This document shows positions 62,321 to 64,000 of a stretch of 64,000 nt of DNA, one piece after another. Source of the stretch: Cenococcum geophilum (Eukaryota). A program made the translations under genes and the position numbers. The DNA is taken from assembly GCA_050273025.1 (NCBI GenBank), contig CP158635.1:11222001-11286000 (forward strand). Reading direction: 5' to 3'. Below the pieces are notes generated by a model. The model was given only the letters and a program-made list of their open reading frames with translations, did not search any database and was not told the DNA's origin. Each line of letters begins with the position of its first letter. Position 1 is the stretch's first letter.

Positions 62321-64000
62321 AGCCCCGACGTTTTCCAACTCTATTTTTACCTATACCTCTATATTTTCTACTTATCCTAAATATACAACTAAGGAGAAAT
62401 TACATACATAGGGGCGCCTCTAATTTCCTATCTAAAGGGAAGTAGCGGAGATAATAATAATGACTTAAAGAAGCGAATAAGTGTATAGATCGTAACGCTA
62501 CAAATATTAGGTGACCTTTTTTTCATATATATAATTAGGTAGGGAATATACACCCCTACCTAATTTATTATTTTAATTTCTTATCTATGACTTATTTAGT
62601 ATAGGATTTTTATATAGCCTATCGTTTCCACGCGCATTTAGCGCAGGGTATTTCGTAGAGCAAAAGGCGTAATGAGAAAGGCGTGGTATAACCACAATTT
62701 TTACTAATTCTGTTAATCTTACCAAATTCTTAACTTTATTCCCAGATTCCCTAGACCACGTTTATAGGTTTTCCTACTTAGTAATATAAATACTCTATAC
62801 CCGTTAATATTTATTTTTAATAAAATGATAGAAATCTAATAAGTATAATAAAATCGCAAAACTAACGTCTTTAGGTTATTAATACTTCCGTCGCTTAAAT
62901 ATTTATTATACTAATAATATAAAAAGAACCCAGGAGATCTTTATATCCGCACTATACTTAAAGAATAAAAGACTATATTCGAACCCTTTTATTCCGTAAA
63001 GGTTTAACAAAAGATATTAAGCTATCTTCCTCTTAGTAGACATAAATTCTTAAGAGTAGGCTATAAAACGATTATAATAGACCTAGAAACATTATAGAAG
63101 ACGCTAAATAGAAACGCCACCTTAAATAACTAAAAGTGGCAATACGCAATTTAAGAAAAACTAAGGATTGAAGAGACAATAACTATAGAGATATACTAGG
63201 CAAAGTCCTAGCCTAGTTATAAGGGTCTTGTCAGAGAGTAATAGGAGTTAAAGGAGTTAGGGAAGATAATAGTTAACAACTATAGCCTACTAAAAGAAAG
63301 AAATTACATAAAGATATTAAAAGGGTTCTTTTATATAAGCTTATATAATACTAGTACAGATATTAAGTTGGTAAGAGCAGACTTATTTAAGTAGTATTAG
63401 TATAAAGGATTAAATAATACAGTTAACTGCTTCCTAACGGGAAATTGTATAAATAATAAATAAAATCTTATATTATACAGCCTTTAGATTAATATAAATT
63501 AATCCCAGGTTATACTTTAAAGATAATCCTACTTTATTCCCCTGGGAAAACTAAACAAAATTAAAGAAGATTTAATTGGCAGAGATTTATATTTCTAGTA
63601 GGTATCTTTCTTAAAACTAAAGCAAAGCGTAAGTTAGCTATACTAGAGGCTATATTCTTTCTTAGTAACTATTAACTTACTAATTTAATGGCTACCTAGG
63701 TCCCTTAGCTGTGGCTTAGAGTACTTATTTTTACTAAACATTATTATTAATAGCGAAATCCCTTATTCTATTATTGATTTTATACTTCCGAATTCTCCAT
63801 AGCCAATACGCCATCGGAGTTTACCCGACCAACCCTTAAATTTATTCCTTCCACCTCTTTTATACAGGTACTCTCTTTTAAGAGCTATATATATTAGTTT
63901 AGTTATAGATAACCATTATAATTAATCCCTTAAAATAAAGACCATTATTTACTTTTTACTCTACAATATTATATAAGTTTATAGCTCTTCGTCAGTAAAG

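Larger units (their letters stand above)
22500..64000. mobile_element. RIP-fossilised gene-rich block, putative cargo of a giant mobile element (Starship-like) or a large segmental duplication
   Basis: Uniform RIP over more than 40 kb of spliced non-transposase genes implies the block was once present in at least two copies. Captain and termini not seen. Confidence 0.5.

Noticed and set aside
62600..63800. Possible ferric reductase-like Starship auxiliary gene
   Set aside because: A spliced RIPed gene is likely present, but resemblance is limited to LLFRKGLTK; HPF, GPxG and GxGI motifs were not recovered.
1..64000. DUF3435 captain, DUF3723 or other element-defining genes
   Set aside because: Not recognised in the regions translated by hand; heavy RIP could hide them, so absence is not proven.

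Overview
Filamentous ascomycete (Pezizomycotina-type) DNA. Almost all of it carries the signature of repeat-induced point mutation (RIP): CpA>TpA and TpG>TpA changes, and frequent TAA/TAG where Gln/Trp codons are expected. 284-12549 holds two complete, RIP-inactivated Ty3/Gypsy chromoviruses of different families. They lie head-to-head, 9 bp apart, inside what reads as a poly-Gln tract of a dead gene. About 16.2-22.2 kb is a largely un-RIPed island with an apparently intact, intron-rich Hsp70-like (HSPA12-type) gene, a RIPed piggyBac-type transposase and the 3' end of a ClpB-like AAA+ gene. About 22.5-64 kb is a continuous, gene-dense, uniformly RIPed block of intron-containing, non-transposase genes. 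These include a full-length divergent Blm10/PA200 proteasome activator, a RING finger, chromo-like domain proteins, a C2H2 factor, a DUF6594-like gene, an STE20-like pseudokinase, a Myb/SANT-like gene and internal paralog pairs. This best fits the fossil cargo of a giant mobile element (Starship-like) or a large duplication; no captain recombinase or element end was seen in the window. Pseudogene calls come from hand translation with RIP reversal, so their boundaries are approximate and the family names have not been verified by search.
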